A stretch of DNA of 64,000 nucleotides. Origin: Saccostrea cucullata. Lineage: Eukaryota. Made by a program: the position numbers and the translations under genes. Positions 1-12,022 of this stretch are shown here, piece after piece (the stretch's first letter is position 1; every line of letters begins with the position of its first letter). The stretch lies in NCBI RefSeq assembly GCF_032062105.1, contig NW_026937255.1, positions 1 through 64,000 of the forward strand. Reading direction: 5' to 3'. Below the pieces are notes generated by a model. That model ran no database searches. It saw nothing but the letters and a program-made list of their open reading frames with translations, and was not told the origin of the DNA.

Positions 1-330
1 GAATGGACCGACGAATTAGACGGGGATCACATCACCAAATTCATGTCGGCAGGTCCTAAAAATTATGGTTTTCGGACGGACAAAGGAACCGAGACCCTTA
101 AATGCAAAGGAGTCACTCTCAACCATCGAACCTCTCAGTTGGTGTGCCCAGAGACTTTAGAAAAAATGCTCAAGGGAGGAATAGAGGAAGTAAAAGTCCC
201 CTATCCCAGGAAAATCCAGAGGACCCGGGATTATGAGGTCGTGAATAAACCTTCAGAGAAAACAGTTAGAATTGTATATGACAAGAGACAAATTGTAGAG
301 AATTATAACACTTTACTTTATGGTTATTGA
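1..330 (+). CDS. polB: C-terminal part of protein-primed DNA polymerase B, left-arm copy (5'-partial)
   Basis: EWTDEL...GPKNYG...KCKGVTLN...YDKR..YGY, the C-terminal motifs of Polinton-type pPolB. Mirror of 8109-8438. Confidence 0.9.
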   Translation, partial: EWTDELDGDHITKFMSAGPKNYGFRTDKGTETLKCKGVTLNHRTSQLVCPETLEKMLKGGIEEVKVPYPRKIQRTRDYEVVNKPSEKTVRIVYDKRQIVENYNTLLYGY

Positions 331-408
331 TATGTTGATATGTTTGTTGTTTGTTGTTACAAATAAAAAATTGAATTGTTGTTTTATGTGTTGTTGTTTT
401 TTCTTCTC

Positions 409-444
409 TATAAAAGGTATTCTTATTCAAAATCAAAGGTCATT
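409..444 (+). promoter_or_regulatory. TATA + TCATT initiator promoter of IAP (mirrored near 8001-8036)
   Basis: TATAAAA at 409, TCATT at 440, ATG at 452. AATAAA follows the polB stop (362) and the IAP stop (989). Confidence 0.65.
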
Positions 445-451
445 TCTAATC

Positions 452-984
452 ATGGGGAATCGCGAGCCAGACCAACCCATGCGTTTTCCCAGTATGCTCA
501 GCTCTCAAAGAGAGAAGCTACTTTTGAGCAGGGGTGGCCTGAACTTCTCTCAGGAAAAATACCAGACCTAGCTCGAGCTGGGTTTTACTACAGGGGAGTG
601 AAAGATAACGCTACCTGTTTTCATTGTGGAATGACTTTAGAGAATTGGGATCTTGAGGAGGATCCTTATGCAGAACATGCTTATTGGAACCCCAATTGTC
701 CTTACATCAATCAGTATAAAGGACGAAGCTGGGTGATGAGTATATTTGTCAGGGACTTAGAGAAGCAGGGATATAAACCTTTACCTGAGATTAAACCTCT
801 ACTGAACCCAGAACCAGACGTCCAGGCTCGAGGAAAATGTCACATTTGTTTAGACGAGGAATTACAAATCGTTTTTCTACCTTGTGGACACGTATGCTGC
901 TGTGCCTTGTGTGCTCCTTCCTTTCAGTTTTGCCCCATCTGTCGAGGCGAGATTCAACAGTCCAAACGGATATTTCTGTGTTAA
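452..984 (+). pseudogene. iap: BIR-RING inhibitor of apoptosis, left-arm copy with 1-bp frameshift near 487-490
   Basis: Same protein as 7460-7993 but TTTTCCCAG in place of TTTTCCCCAG splits it between ORFs 320..571 and 376..984. This could be a homopolymer sequencing error. Confidence 0.88.
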
Positions 985-1449
985 CTATAAATAAAAAAGA
1001 CAGAACCCAAATTTGGTGTTTTCTATTGTTAAGCAAGCTCCTCAGACCTAGATTTTTTTTTTCAGTGATAAAGAATGAGATTTTTGAATTATTCCTAATT
1101 CAAAATTCTCTATTGGTTTTTTCCTCTGCAAGTTAAAAAATAATTACACCTGAGAGTCTATATAAAAAGGAGACCTACAAAACCAACAGATCATTTCTGA
1201 TCTGAGTGAGGGACAGTAAGGCACAACAAATGAAAGTGAAATCTTTTTTTTTTATCATAATACATAATTTTGTAATAAACAAACACTAGAAAGTTACTCT
1301 CATAATGAGCCTTAATGTCTTCCAAGAGTTTAGTTTGGACTTCCTCCATTAATCCTTGTATCTACTCCATTGGTTTTATGGGCTAAAACCATGTGTCTTG
1401 TGAGGTGTCAAAACAAGTCGGTCATGGATTGACACGAGTCATCAACTTT

Positions 1450-2258
1450 TGAATGAAAAGTTCATTTTCTTCTATGAAACATGTATGAAACTTATATTAT
1501 TTTGAGTCAATATTCATATTAAAAGCATACTTTCAGTCACTTTCATACAAGATAGTCAACATTTCATACAAGAATTGATTTGACATGATGACAAAGCGAA
1601 ATTCTGTCGTCTGCTTTGATTGACAGGTGTCATGACGTCATAATGACGTCATAATTCAGTCAAATTCAATTCCTGAATGAAAAGTTCATTTTCTTCTATG
1701 AAACATGTATGAAACTTATATTATTTTGAGTCAATATTCATATTAAAAGCATAATTTCAGTCACTTTCATACAAGATAGTCAACATTTCATACAAGAATT
1801 GATTTGACATGATGACAAAGCGAAATTCTGTCGTCTGCTTTGATTGACAGGTGTCATGACGTCATAATGACGTCATAATTCAGTCAAATTCATTTCCTGA
1901 ATGAAAAGTTCATTTTCTTCTATGAAACATGTATGAAACTTACATTATTTTGAGTCAATATTCATATTAAAAGCATAATTTCAGTCACTTTCATACAAGA
2001 TAGTCAACATTTCATACAAGAATTGATTTGACATGATGACAAAGCGAAATTCTGTCGTCTGCTTTGATTGACAGGTGTCATGACGTCATAATGACGTCAT
2101 AATTCAGTCAAATTCATTTCCTGAATGAAAAGTTCATTTTCTTCTATGAAACATGTATGAAACTTATATTATTTTGAGTCAATATTCATATTAAAAGCAT
2201 AATTTCAGTCACTTTCATACAAGATAGTCAACATTTCATACAAGAATTGATTTGACAT
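1450..2258. repeat. 224-bp tandem repeat, about 3.6 copies, two ATGACGTCAT palindromes per full unit
   Basis: GAATGAAAAGTTCATTTTC recurs at 1451, 1675, 1899 and 2123. Confidence 0.97.
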
Positions 2259-5200
2259 AGTAGAGAATTCCCGAACGTCTACTCGGAATGCATTATTTTC
2301 ATTCATAAAGAGAAAGTACGGGAAATTCCACTCCGGTGACGTAATATGATTGCGTCAGGTTTCCATAACAACAACACCATAAGTTATCTTCCTTGTTTCG
2401 TTGCAGCCATGGCTCCTCCCAACAAAAAAAGCTCTCTTCCCTAAAGGAGGGGTCCGACCCTCTGCTAGGGGTTCTCATAGGGGTTACTTTCAAGAATACG
2501 TTTTACAAGACGGTGACATCTTAAAAGTCAACCCCCTAAAAATGACACAGATATTCAGAAGCTAGCTTTGGTGTATTTTTCTTTACTTTCCTGGAACTGT
2601 AAATACATTTTGTTTGTGTTTGTCCTATTTTGAATTTAATAGGTCTCAATAGGACCCCCATAAAGATGCAAGTGTCCTATAATCTGTGATAATATGTTGA
2701 ATATTTTTATTATTCCATATATTTTATTCTTACTACACATATAGTGTTTGGAGTAATGCACTTAGTTGTATAGGACAATATTCAAGGTCAAAGCATGAGA
2801 TTATTGAGATAACTACCTTTGTCAATAATTTGTAACCTTCAAACTTTACATCTTAAGTGAAGAATGGATAGGAGATTGTCTATAGATTTTTGGATCATTT
2901 TCCTACAAGATAATATTACTGACTTGAAACATTTCATGGTGATTTACATACCTGCAGTCATAAATAGATACATGTAGGCACGGGGTAGACTCCTATAGAT
3001 TTTAAGATCTTCATTCAAAAGTATGGAAAGTTTTTAAGTTTGAAAGATTAAATGTCAGCATATCATTTGCTTGTGAATTTAAAATAAATTCAAACATATA
3101 CATCTTTAGATGATAACTAGTTATTTCAATTCCTGGACTTTCTGTCTTGATATTTTCCTTTATTATCTGTAAAATTTAATGATTGTCTTTTTAGTTTAGT
3201 TGAACTAGTTTCTTATTCTCATGTGAAAATGGCATCATCCAAATAAGTTCATCTACATTTTATATGTAGGAGAGAATTTTTCATCACAGGGAAAGAAAGA
3301 GATTGTCTTGTATAATATAATGCATTGGTACACAAAAATATCTTTCAATTTCTAACATGTTTCATTTTTGTTACATGGAATGATAAGTTCTGTTGATTTC
3401 CTACCAAAGACATACTAGTAGAGTAATAAATGTATATGATGTGTCAGAAAAGCATGTGGAAACCTAATGACTTTATCATTTCTGATTAAAAATCAAATTA
3501 TGAGTTTCATCTTTGTTACATTATTAAAAAATTCTAAGTAGAGCATACACCAGAAACTCTTAAAATGATCTCTACTGTTCAATCTGAGTCTCAGGGTTTA
3601 ACAGTACATAACAATTTCAAATGATTTTGGACGCTTTTTTATGTATCAAAAAGACAAAACAGAATATCTGTTCACAGATGTTCCGGGCAGTTAGAATTAT
3701 GCTCAATCAACTTTGTGAAATATTCCCAACTTCCAATGGTTCTTATTTACATGAAAAAAAAACTGACTCCATATAAAATTGTTTGTTTTCTTTTTATTTT
3801 ACAAGAAATAACATGCTGACAGTGAATCTAATCATTTTTTCAAAACTGGTTAAATTAATGTTTACAATTGTCTTAAAATACTCAAATGTAAGTTTATTTC
3901 ATACAGAAATACCTTAAATGTATAGACTTATTGTACTTATAGATTAAATATATAGATTAACCCCTTTGTAGTAAAACATTTTTAACCTCATTTTCTTGCC
4001 TATTCTCTCATACATTTTCTAATTTGAGTATTCTCAAATTATTGATTACATAAGCAAACAAATTTAAGACAAAACCACAATATATGCTGAATACCCTGAA
4101 ATGAAAATATGCAAGATGTGTAACACATCATGTACAACTTTAAAGTCTACAAGATTTTAAGCTAACCCTATTATACAATAAGACTACTTTTTTTCAAAAA
4201 TATAAAAAAATCTCCACAAAAAAAAGTATTTATGCAAAAGATGAATGTTATGCTACACTTTTAAAATACATTTTACATGAATCACATAAAGAACATAACA
4301 TCTTTTCTTTGTGGTTGTTTTCCTTTGGAACATCTGTGAACAGATATTCTGTTTTGTCTTTTTGATACATAAAAAAGCGTCCAAAATCATTTGAAATTGT
4401 TATGTACTGTTAAACCCTGAGACTCAGATTGAACAGTAGAGATCATTTTAAGAGTTTCTGGTGTATGCTCTACTTAGAATTTTTTAATAATGTAACAAAG
4501 ATGAAACTCATAATTTGATTTTTAATCAGAAATGATAAAGTCATTAGGTTTCCACATGCTTTTCTGACACATCATATACATTTATTACTCTACTAGTATG
4601 TCTTTGGTAGGAAATCAACAGAACTTATCATTCCATGTAACAAAAATGAAACATGTTAGAAATTGAAAGATATTTTTGTGTACCAATGCATTATATTATA
4701 CAAGACAATCTCTTTCTTTCCCTGTGATGAAAAATTCTCTCCTACATATAAAATGTAGATGAACTTATTTGGATGATGCCATTTTCACATGCTAATAAGA
4801 AACTAGTTCAACTAAACTAAAAAGACAATCATTAAATTTTACAGATAATAAAGGAAAATATCAAGACAGAAAGTCCAGGAATTGAAATAACTAGTTATCA
4901 TCTAAAGATGTATATGTTTGAATTTATTTTAAATTCACATGCAAATGATATGCTGACATTTAATCTTTCAAACTTAAAAACTTTCCATACTTTTGAATGA
5001 AGATCTTAAAATCTATAGGAGTCTACCCCATGCCTACATGTATCTATTTATGACTGCAGGTATGTAAATCACCATGAAATGTTTCAAGTCAGTAATATTA
5101 TCTTGTAGGAAAATGATCCAAAAATCTATAGAAAATCTCCTATCCATTCTTCACTTAAGATGTAAAGTTTGAAGGTTACAAATTATTGACAAAGGTAGTT

Positions 5201-5748
5201 ATCTCAATAATCTCATGCTTTGACCTTGAATATTGTCCTATACAACTAAGTGCATTACTCCAAACACTATATGTGTAGTAAGAATAAAATTTATGGAATA
5301 ATAAAAATATTCAACATATTATCACAGATTATAGGACACTTGCATCTTTATGGGGGTCCTATTGAGACCTATTAAATTCAAAATAGGACAAACACAAACA
5401 AAATGTATTTACAGTTCCAGGAAAGTAAAAAAAAATACACCAAAGCTAGCTTCTGAATGTGTCATTTTTAGGGGGTTGACTTTTAAGATGTCACCGTCTT
5501 ATAAAACGTATTCTTGAAAGTAACCCCTACGAGAACCCCTAGCAGAGGGTCGGACCCCTCCTTTAGGGAAGAGAGCTTTTTTTGTTGGGAGGAGCCATGG
5601 CTGCAACGAAACAAGGAAGATAACTTATGGTGTTGTTGTTATGGAAACCTGACGCAATCATATTACGTCACCGGAGTGGAATTTCCCGTACTTTCTCTTT
5701 ATGAATGAAAATAATGCATTCCGAGTAGACGTTCGGGAATTCTCTACT

Positions 5749-6994
5749 ATGTCAAATCAATTCTTGTATGAAATGTTGACTATCTTGTATGAAAGTGACT
5801 GAAATTATGCTTTTAATATGAATATTGACTCAAAATAATATAAGTTTCATACATGTTTCATAGAAGAAAATGAACTTTTCATTCAGGAAATGAATTTGAC
5901 TGAATTATGACGTCATTATGACGTCATGACACCTGTCAATCAAAGCAGACGACAGAATTTCGCTTTGTCATCATGTCAAATCAATTCTTGTATGAAATGT
6001 TGACTATCTTGTATGAAAGTGACTGAAATTATGCTTTTAATATGAATATTGACTCAAAATAATATAAGTTTCATACATGTTTCATAAAAGAAAATGAACT
6101 TTTCACTCAGGAAATGAATTTGACTGAATTATGACGTCATGACACCTGTCAATCAAAGCAGACGACAGAATTTCGCTTTGTCATCATGTCAAATCAATTC
6201 TTGTATGAAATGTTGACTATCTTGTATGAAAGTGACTGAAATTATGCTTTTAATATGAATATTGACTCAAAATAATATAAGTTTCATACATGTTTCATAG
6301 AAGAAAATGAACTTTTCATTCAGGAAATGAATTTGACTGAATTATGACGTCATTATGACGTCATGACACCTGTCAATCAAAGCAGACGACAGAATTTCGC
6401 TTTGTCATCATGTCAAATCAATTCTTGTATGAAATGTTGACTATCTTGTATGAAAGTGACTGAAATTATGCTTTTAATATGAATATTGACTCAAAATAAT
6501 ATAAGTTTCATACATGTTTCATAGAAGAAAATGAACTTTTCATTCAGGAATTGAATTTGACTGAATTATGACGTCATTATGACGTCATGACACCTGTCAA
6601 TCAAAGCAGACGACAGAATTTCGCTTTGTCATCATGTCAAATCAATTCTTGTATGAAATGTTGACTATCTTGTATGAAAGTGACTGAAATTATGCTTTTA
6701 ATATGAATATTGACTCAAAATAATATAAGTTTCATACATGTTTCATAGAAGAAAATGAACTTTTCATTCAGGAAATGAATTTGACTGAATTATGACGTCA
6801 TTATGACGTCATGACACCTGTCAATCAAAGCAGACGACAGAATTTCGCTTTGTCATCATGTCAAATCAATTCTTGTATGAAATGTTGACTATCTTGTATG
6901 AAAGTGACTGAAATTATGCTTTTAATATGAATATTGACTCAAAATAATATAAGTTTCATACATGTTTCATAGAAGAAAATGAACTTTTCATTCA
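5749..6994. repeat. 224-bp tandem repeat, about 5.6 copies (inverted partner of 1450-2258)
   Basis: Reverse complement of the same unit. The unit near 6130 has lost one of the two CRE palindromes. Confidence 0.97.
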
Positions 6995-7459
6995 AAAGTT
7001 GATGACTCGTGTCAATCCATGACCGACTTGTTTTGACACCTCACAAGACACATGATTTTAGCCCACAAAACCAATGGAGTAGATACAAGGATTAATGGAG
7101 GAAGTCCAAACTAAACTCTTGGAAGACATTAAGGCTCATTATGAGAGTAACTTTCTAGTGTTTGTTTATTACAAAATTATGTATTATGATAAAAAAAAAG
7201 ATTTCACTTTCATTTGTTGTGCCTTACTGTCCCTCACTCAGATCAGAAATGATCTGTTGGTTTTGTAGGTCTCCTTTTTATATAGACTCTCAGGTGTAAT
7301 TATTTTTTAACTTGCAGAGGAAAAAACCAATAGAGAATTTTGAATTAGGAATAATTCAAAAATCTCGTTCTTTATCACTGAAAAAAAAAAATCTAGGTCT
7401 GAGGAGCTTGCTTAACAATAGAAAACACCAAATTTGGGTTTTGTCTTTTTTATTTATAG

Positions 7460-7993
7460 TTAACACAGAAATATCCGTTTGGACTGTTGAATCTCGCCTC
7501 GACAGATGGGGCAAAACTGAAAGGAAGGAGCACACAAGGCACAGCAGCATACGTGTCCACAAGGTAGAAAAACGATTTGTAATTCCTCGTCTAAACAAAT
7601 GTGACATTTTCCTCGAGCCTGGACGTCTGGTTCTGGGTTCAGTAGAGGTTTAATCTCAGGTAAAGGTTTATATCCCTGCTTCTCTAAGTCCCCGACAAAT
7701 ATACTCATCACCCAGCTTCGTCCTTTATACTGATTGATGTAAGGACAATTGGGGTTCCAATAAGCATGTTCTGCATAAGGATCCTCCTCAAGATCCCAAT
7801 TCTCTAAAGTCATTCCACAATGAAAACAGGTAGCGTTATCTTTCACTCCCCTGTAGTAAAACCCAGCTCGAGCTAGGTCTGGTATTTTTCCTGAGAGAAG
7901 TTCAGGCCACCCCTGCTCAAAAGTAGCTTCTCTCTTTGAGAGCTGAGCATACTGGGGAAAACGCATGGGTTGGTCTGGCTCGCGATTCCCCAT
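7460..7993 (-). CDS. iap: Single-BIR + RING inhibitor of apoptosis (about 177 aa, intronless, intact)
   Basis: BIR: R..TF..WP...LARAGFYY.G..D...CFHCG..L..W...EDP..EHAYWNPNCPY. C-terminal IAP-type RING: CHIC...LPCGH..CC..C......CPICR. Start set at the ATG just after the TATA/Inr. Confidence 0.95.
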   Translation of the reverse strand: MGNREPDQPMRFPQYAQLSKREATFEQGWPELLSGKIPDLARAGFYYRGVKDNATCFHCGMTLENWDLEEDPYAEHAYWNPNCPYINQYKGRSWVMSIFVGDLEKQGYKPLPEIKPLLNPEPDVQARGKCHICLDEELQIVFLPCGHVCCCALCAPSFQFCPICRGEIQQSKRIFLC

Positions 7994-8108
7994 GATTAGA
8001 AATGACCTTTGATTTTGAATAAGAATACCTTTTATAGAGAAGAAAAAACAACAACACATAAAACAACAATTCAATTTTTTATTTAAAAAAGTCAAACATA
8101 TCAACATA

Positions 8109-11100
8109 TCAATAACCATAAGGTAAAGTGTTATAATTCTCTACAATTTGTCTCTTGTCATATACAATTTTAACTATTTTCTCTGAAGGTTTATTCACGA
8201 CCTCATAATCACGGGTCCTCTGGATTTTGCTGGGATAGGGGACTTTTACTTCCTCTATTTCTCCCTTGAGCATTTTTTCTAAAGTCTCTGGGCACACCAA
8301 CTGAGAGGTTCGATGGTTGAGAGTGACCCCTTTGCATTTAAGGGTCTCGGTTCCTTTGTCCGTTCGGAAACCATAATTTTTAGGACCTGCCGACATGAAT
8401 TTGGTGATGTGATCCCCGTCTAATTCGTCGGTCCATTCTCCTTAACTATGACCCAAGGTAGGATTAAAAGCTCCTTCCTTATGTTGGTAAATGATACTGT
8501 CCGTATCGAAATAAAGGCCCCGTTCTTCTAAAGGTTGTAAAGTCTCGTAGAGATGTAAGCGGGCATAGGCGGTGGTAAAACAAGCCAGGATCACGTTTCC
8601 AAAGGGACATTCTTCGACGAATTCCTGTTTGTCTTGAAAATTCACTAGAATCTTGTCTTCAATGGAATCTTCTTTATTGACTAAGAGTCGCACACCCTTG
8701 ATGTTGAGAGTCGAATTTTGTAAGAGTTGATGTAATTCCTCTACTTCGTCCAAGTATCTGACTTTGGGTAATAACAATCGTTGAGCAAATTTTCCCCACA
8801 GACAATTTAAAAAGAGTTTAGCAATGGTTCTTCTCACTGGATTCTTCTCGATACTGATCCTATCCATCATGAATCCTTCTTTGTCGTAGATTTGTCGAAT
8901 GTAATCTTGTTCTTGTTCTGAGGTCTTACAGTCGGGGGGAAATCCGGACGCTTCCTGTTTGATCTTGAGGAAGGTATTGATGTACTTTTTAAATAAGTCT
9001 TGACTGCTTTCTTTGAAATGCCACACTTCGTAGATTCCCTCTAAGGTATACCCCATGTCCAGGGCTTTATGTAATTCGCTCGTCACCCAAGTACCCGTGA
9101 GACTACGTTCCCGGTCGGTGTGTTGACATGGGTGTTGAGACGTAGAGTCTTGTTGTTGGGCACACGTGCGACATAAGGGAAATAATAACTTACCTCCCGT
9201 CCGATAAGGTAATACGGGGTGAAAGAGGCCTCGGGGTGGTAAGACCCGGCAGTGAATGAGACCGAAATAACTTCTCACGTCCTGGAAGTCGTCTGTGATG
9301 ATCTCGGGATGCCCTAGGGGAAAAGGTCTGTGTTTCAACACGTAAGGGTATAAGGAACACACGTCCACGTATCTCATGTCCCCTTCTTCACAATATAATT
9401 TAGTGGCATTGGTCCGGCCTCCGTACAGGGCTTCTCGAGGTTTCAAAGGATCCGGAATGTCCAGATCTCGTACAAATTGCTGTAAACTCTCATCTTGTTG
9501 CACTTCGAAATCGTGCTCCCAGATACTACACACGTTGTACCCCATGTCCTTTAAATCCGCAGTCCTTCTGAGGGTTTTCTCGTGTAATTGTTGGTAAGTA
9601 AATTGGGTCCGGTGAGGATGAGTTTCCGTCTGTAAACTGGGATAGCAAGTGGGGCATCCGTGCCAATAACATCCGTAAAATTCGTAGACGGTACGAGTCG
9701 CTTCCTGGTATCCGTCGACGGTATAATTTCCGATCGGGACTTCGCCTCCGTTTCTGGCATGTCGTATGTGACATCCATTCTGATGACTCATCCAGGTGAG
9801 CCATCGACAGGCTTTGGCCGAATATTGTCGTGCCGGTTCATACCCGAGGTTCGGAATGATGGCAATGGTGTCTTTAGGCATGAAATTTCGACGGTAGGCT
9901 AAATTAACAGCACTGGCAAACGTGAATGGATTCCTGGAAAGGGTCCACGTTGACCAACTTCTTGAGGGTGCTTCTAAAATGTGCACAGCATTGGCGTAAA
10001 ATGTCGACGTCCGAGATACAATACCCTACAAACTCTTTCTGGAAATCAAACACTTTTCCCCTCTGTTGGTCGTACCATTCGTAAAGAGCTTTTCGTCCAC
10101 TGGTAGTCATTTCGTCCGGTTTGTAGAAAGCTGCCGGTGGATAAGGTCCCACGTAATTCTGGTTCTGTTCCGTATTAAAAAAGTGAGGGAAATAACCTTT
10201 CTTCAATTCGTTCAATTCGAAAGCGGAGGGCATCTTGGCCAAAGGAAACGTTAAGAAACTATACGAGTCGATGAATTTGAGTCCACATATTTCCATGGAC
10301 AAGATCTTACTCCCGTTCATGATCACGTTAGGTTTCAGGGGAGAAGAATGCACTATGTAATTCAAAATGAATTGTCCGTCGTATCCTTTGAAGTTATGGG
10401 CGATGACGATGGCCCCGTCGTGTACTAAAGTGGAATTCTTAGTACCTGTAGTGGGTTGAAATAACCAGTCCATGAACTTCTTTAAGGTGTCTGGGCCTTG
10501 AAATAGGTGCTGACGGGGTCCCATGTGATGACAATGAGGACAAGGTCGGTCTATGTCTAAGCCATCGCAATGTTGACAGACGCGATGTGCCACACACAGA
10601 TTAGGAACGTGAATGCCCGATTCCTGAGTGCATTCGAAATCGAAATAAATGGTAAACTCTAAGGTGCCTTTTCCCTTCTTCTTCTTCTTGGGCTTCAGTT
10701 GTACGTAGCACCGATGATCGGCATCGACGATTTTCTTACAGATCTTACACTGTTTCTGATCTCCGCATTTGTGATGAGGAAATAATTTCTTAGGCATCCA
10801 GGACTGACACTTCTCGCATAACCCCATTAAATTGCAGACAGTAGTGGTGGTTTTCTTACCATGAGGTTTTAAATGATTTTCGTAGCAGGTCCTGTTCTTA
10901 AACATTCCATGGCATTCCTGGCATTTAATCTTGATCCCTTCATCGGGACAATTAGGGTGATGTCCTTAACAAAAGGTACAGCGATGAGGGCATTTGGAGC
11001 GATGGTCTGTGACATTCCTGTACCCCACGTCACAATGATCACAGTAATATTGGTTCCCCGTTACTCCCGGCATCGATATGATGGCATCGCAATGACGGTT

Positions 11101-11994
11101 GTCTAACAAAATGTTCAAACAAGTTCCATCTCCCCAGCCTTTGAAGATGCGCTCTAAACAGAGTTTAGTCGAAGTAGATTTGAACTGAAATATTTTCAAT
11201 CGATACTGAGGAGCTAATACCTGTTGTAATTTCGTCCACTCTGCAGATCCACAAGCTTGAGTGATATCACACCCGGCCTGTTCCATGAGGGCTATGGCTT
11301 CTCGATTCTGATCTAAGGATTCCTTATCTCCTTTCCGCATACGGAGCCAACGTTTTTCCCATTCCGGGTCTGGATGATCGGGTTTCTGACTGTGTAATCG
11401 AGTGACGACGATGGCTCTAGCCAAACAAAATTTATCATGGGGATTGACGATCCGAACGATGGATTGTTTATTTTTCTTGAAAGTTTCTTTATCCACTTGT
11501 AAATGTTTGGTTCTGTCTCCACCACTCCCATGGGGATTCTCGATGTGTAACAGATCGAATTCCGTGGAGCCGTCGCCGATTTTGAACTCCTTTTTGGATT
11601 GTTGCACGTCTTGTATTTCTTTTAAAATGACGTCTTCGTTTAAATCTTTACATTGCATAAACTCGTACGAAATGTCTGATTCCAGAGAATCGTGATGAAG
11701 GTTCAGACGGAGGTAATCGTTAGGATCACACTGCATTTTCGATTTGAAGTCTTGTAACATGTTTTTGAATAATCGCCGAAGGAAAGCTGTGTTTTCTTCT
11801 TCTTCTGGAAATTCATCGAAATGATCGACATGTCTATTTTCATGCGCTTTAAATTTTGGAGAGGTCCTTTTTTCAGCTAGTCTCATGTGATAATACTCAG
11901 AAATGGGTTTAGGTGGCAAATCTATTTCTCTCTCGGTACTTTTTCGTTTCAATATTCGTCGAGCCTGTACCTGTTTTTCTCTAGTAGAATCCAT
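8109..11994 (-). pseudogene. polB: Protein-primed family B DNA polymerase (about 1290 codons), two in-frame TAA stops and one frameshift
   Basis: ExoI YFDFEC, ExoII AHNFKGYD, ExoIII YCISDVDIL, motif A DVCSLYP, motif B KLFLNCLWGKF, motif C YFDTDS. Four ORF-track pieces join via stops at 10966-10968 and 8442-8444 and a +1 frameshift near 9925. Confidence 0.95.
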
Positions 11995-12022
11995 GTCTAT
12001 CAGATGATGGCTCTGAGGGTAA

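Larger units (their letters stand above)
1..3684 (+). repeat. Left arm of giant inverted repeat (partner 4327-8438; continues past window start)
   Basis: Base 1 (GAATGGACCGAC) pairs with 8438. The match ends at ...CACAGATGTTCC 3684 / GGAACATCTGTG 4327. Confidence 0.97.
4327..8438 (-). repeat. Right arm of giant inverted repeat (portion with a visible partner)
   Basis: Near-identical reverse complement of 1-3684, with scattered substitutions, small indels and two extra 224-bp units. Confidence 0.97.

Noticed and set aside
791-1136. Alternative-frame and antisense ORFs over IAP (also 7312-7653) and over polB (9376-11695)
   Set aside because: Shadow ORFs with no motifs or promoter support.
2299-2493. 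64-aa ORF present in both arms (also 5514-5708)
   Set aside because: TTG start, no domain, and its presence twice is explained by the recent duplication.
1450-6994. CRISPR-like array
   Set aside because: Units are identical head-to-tail with no unique spacers, and the context is eukaryotic.
1-8438. Palindrome as a pure fold-back read or assembly artefact
   Set aside because: The arms differ by non-homopolymer substitutions (for example KGGIEE versus KGEIEE, PRKIQ versus PSKIQ), by indels and by array copy number. Unlikely, but only spanning reads can exclude it.
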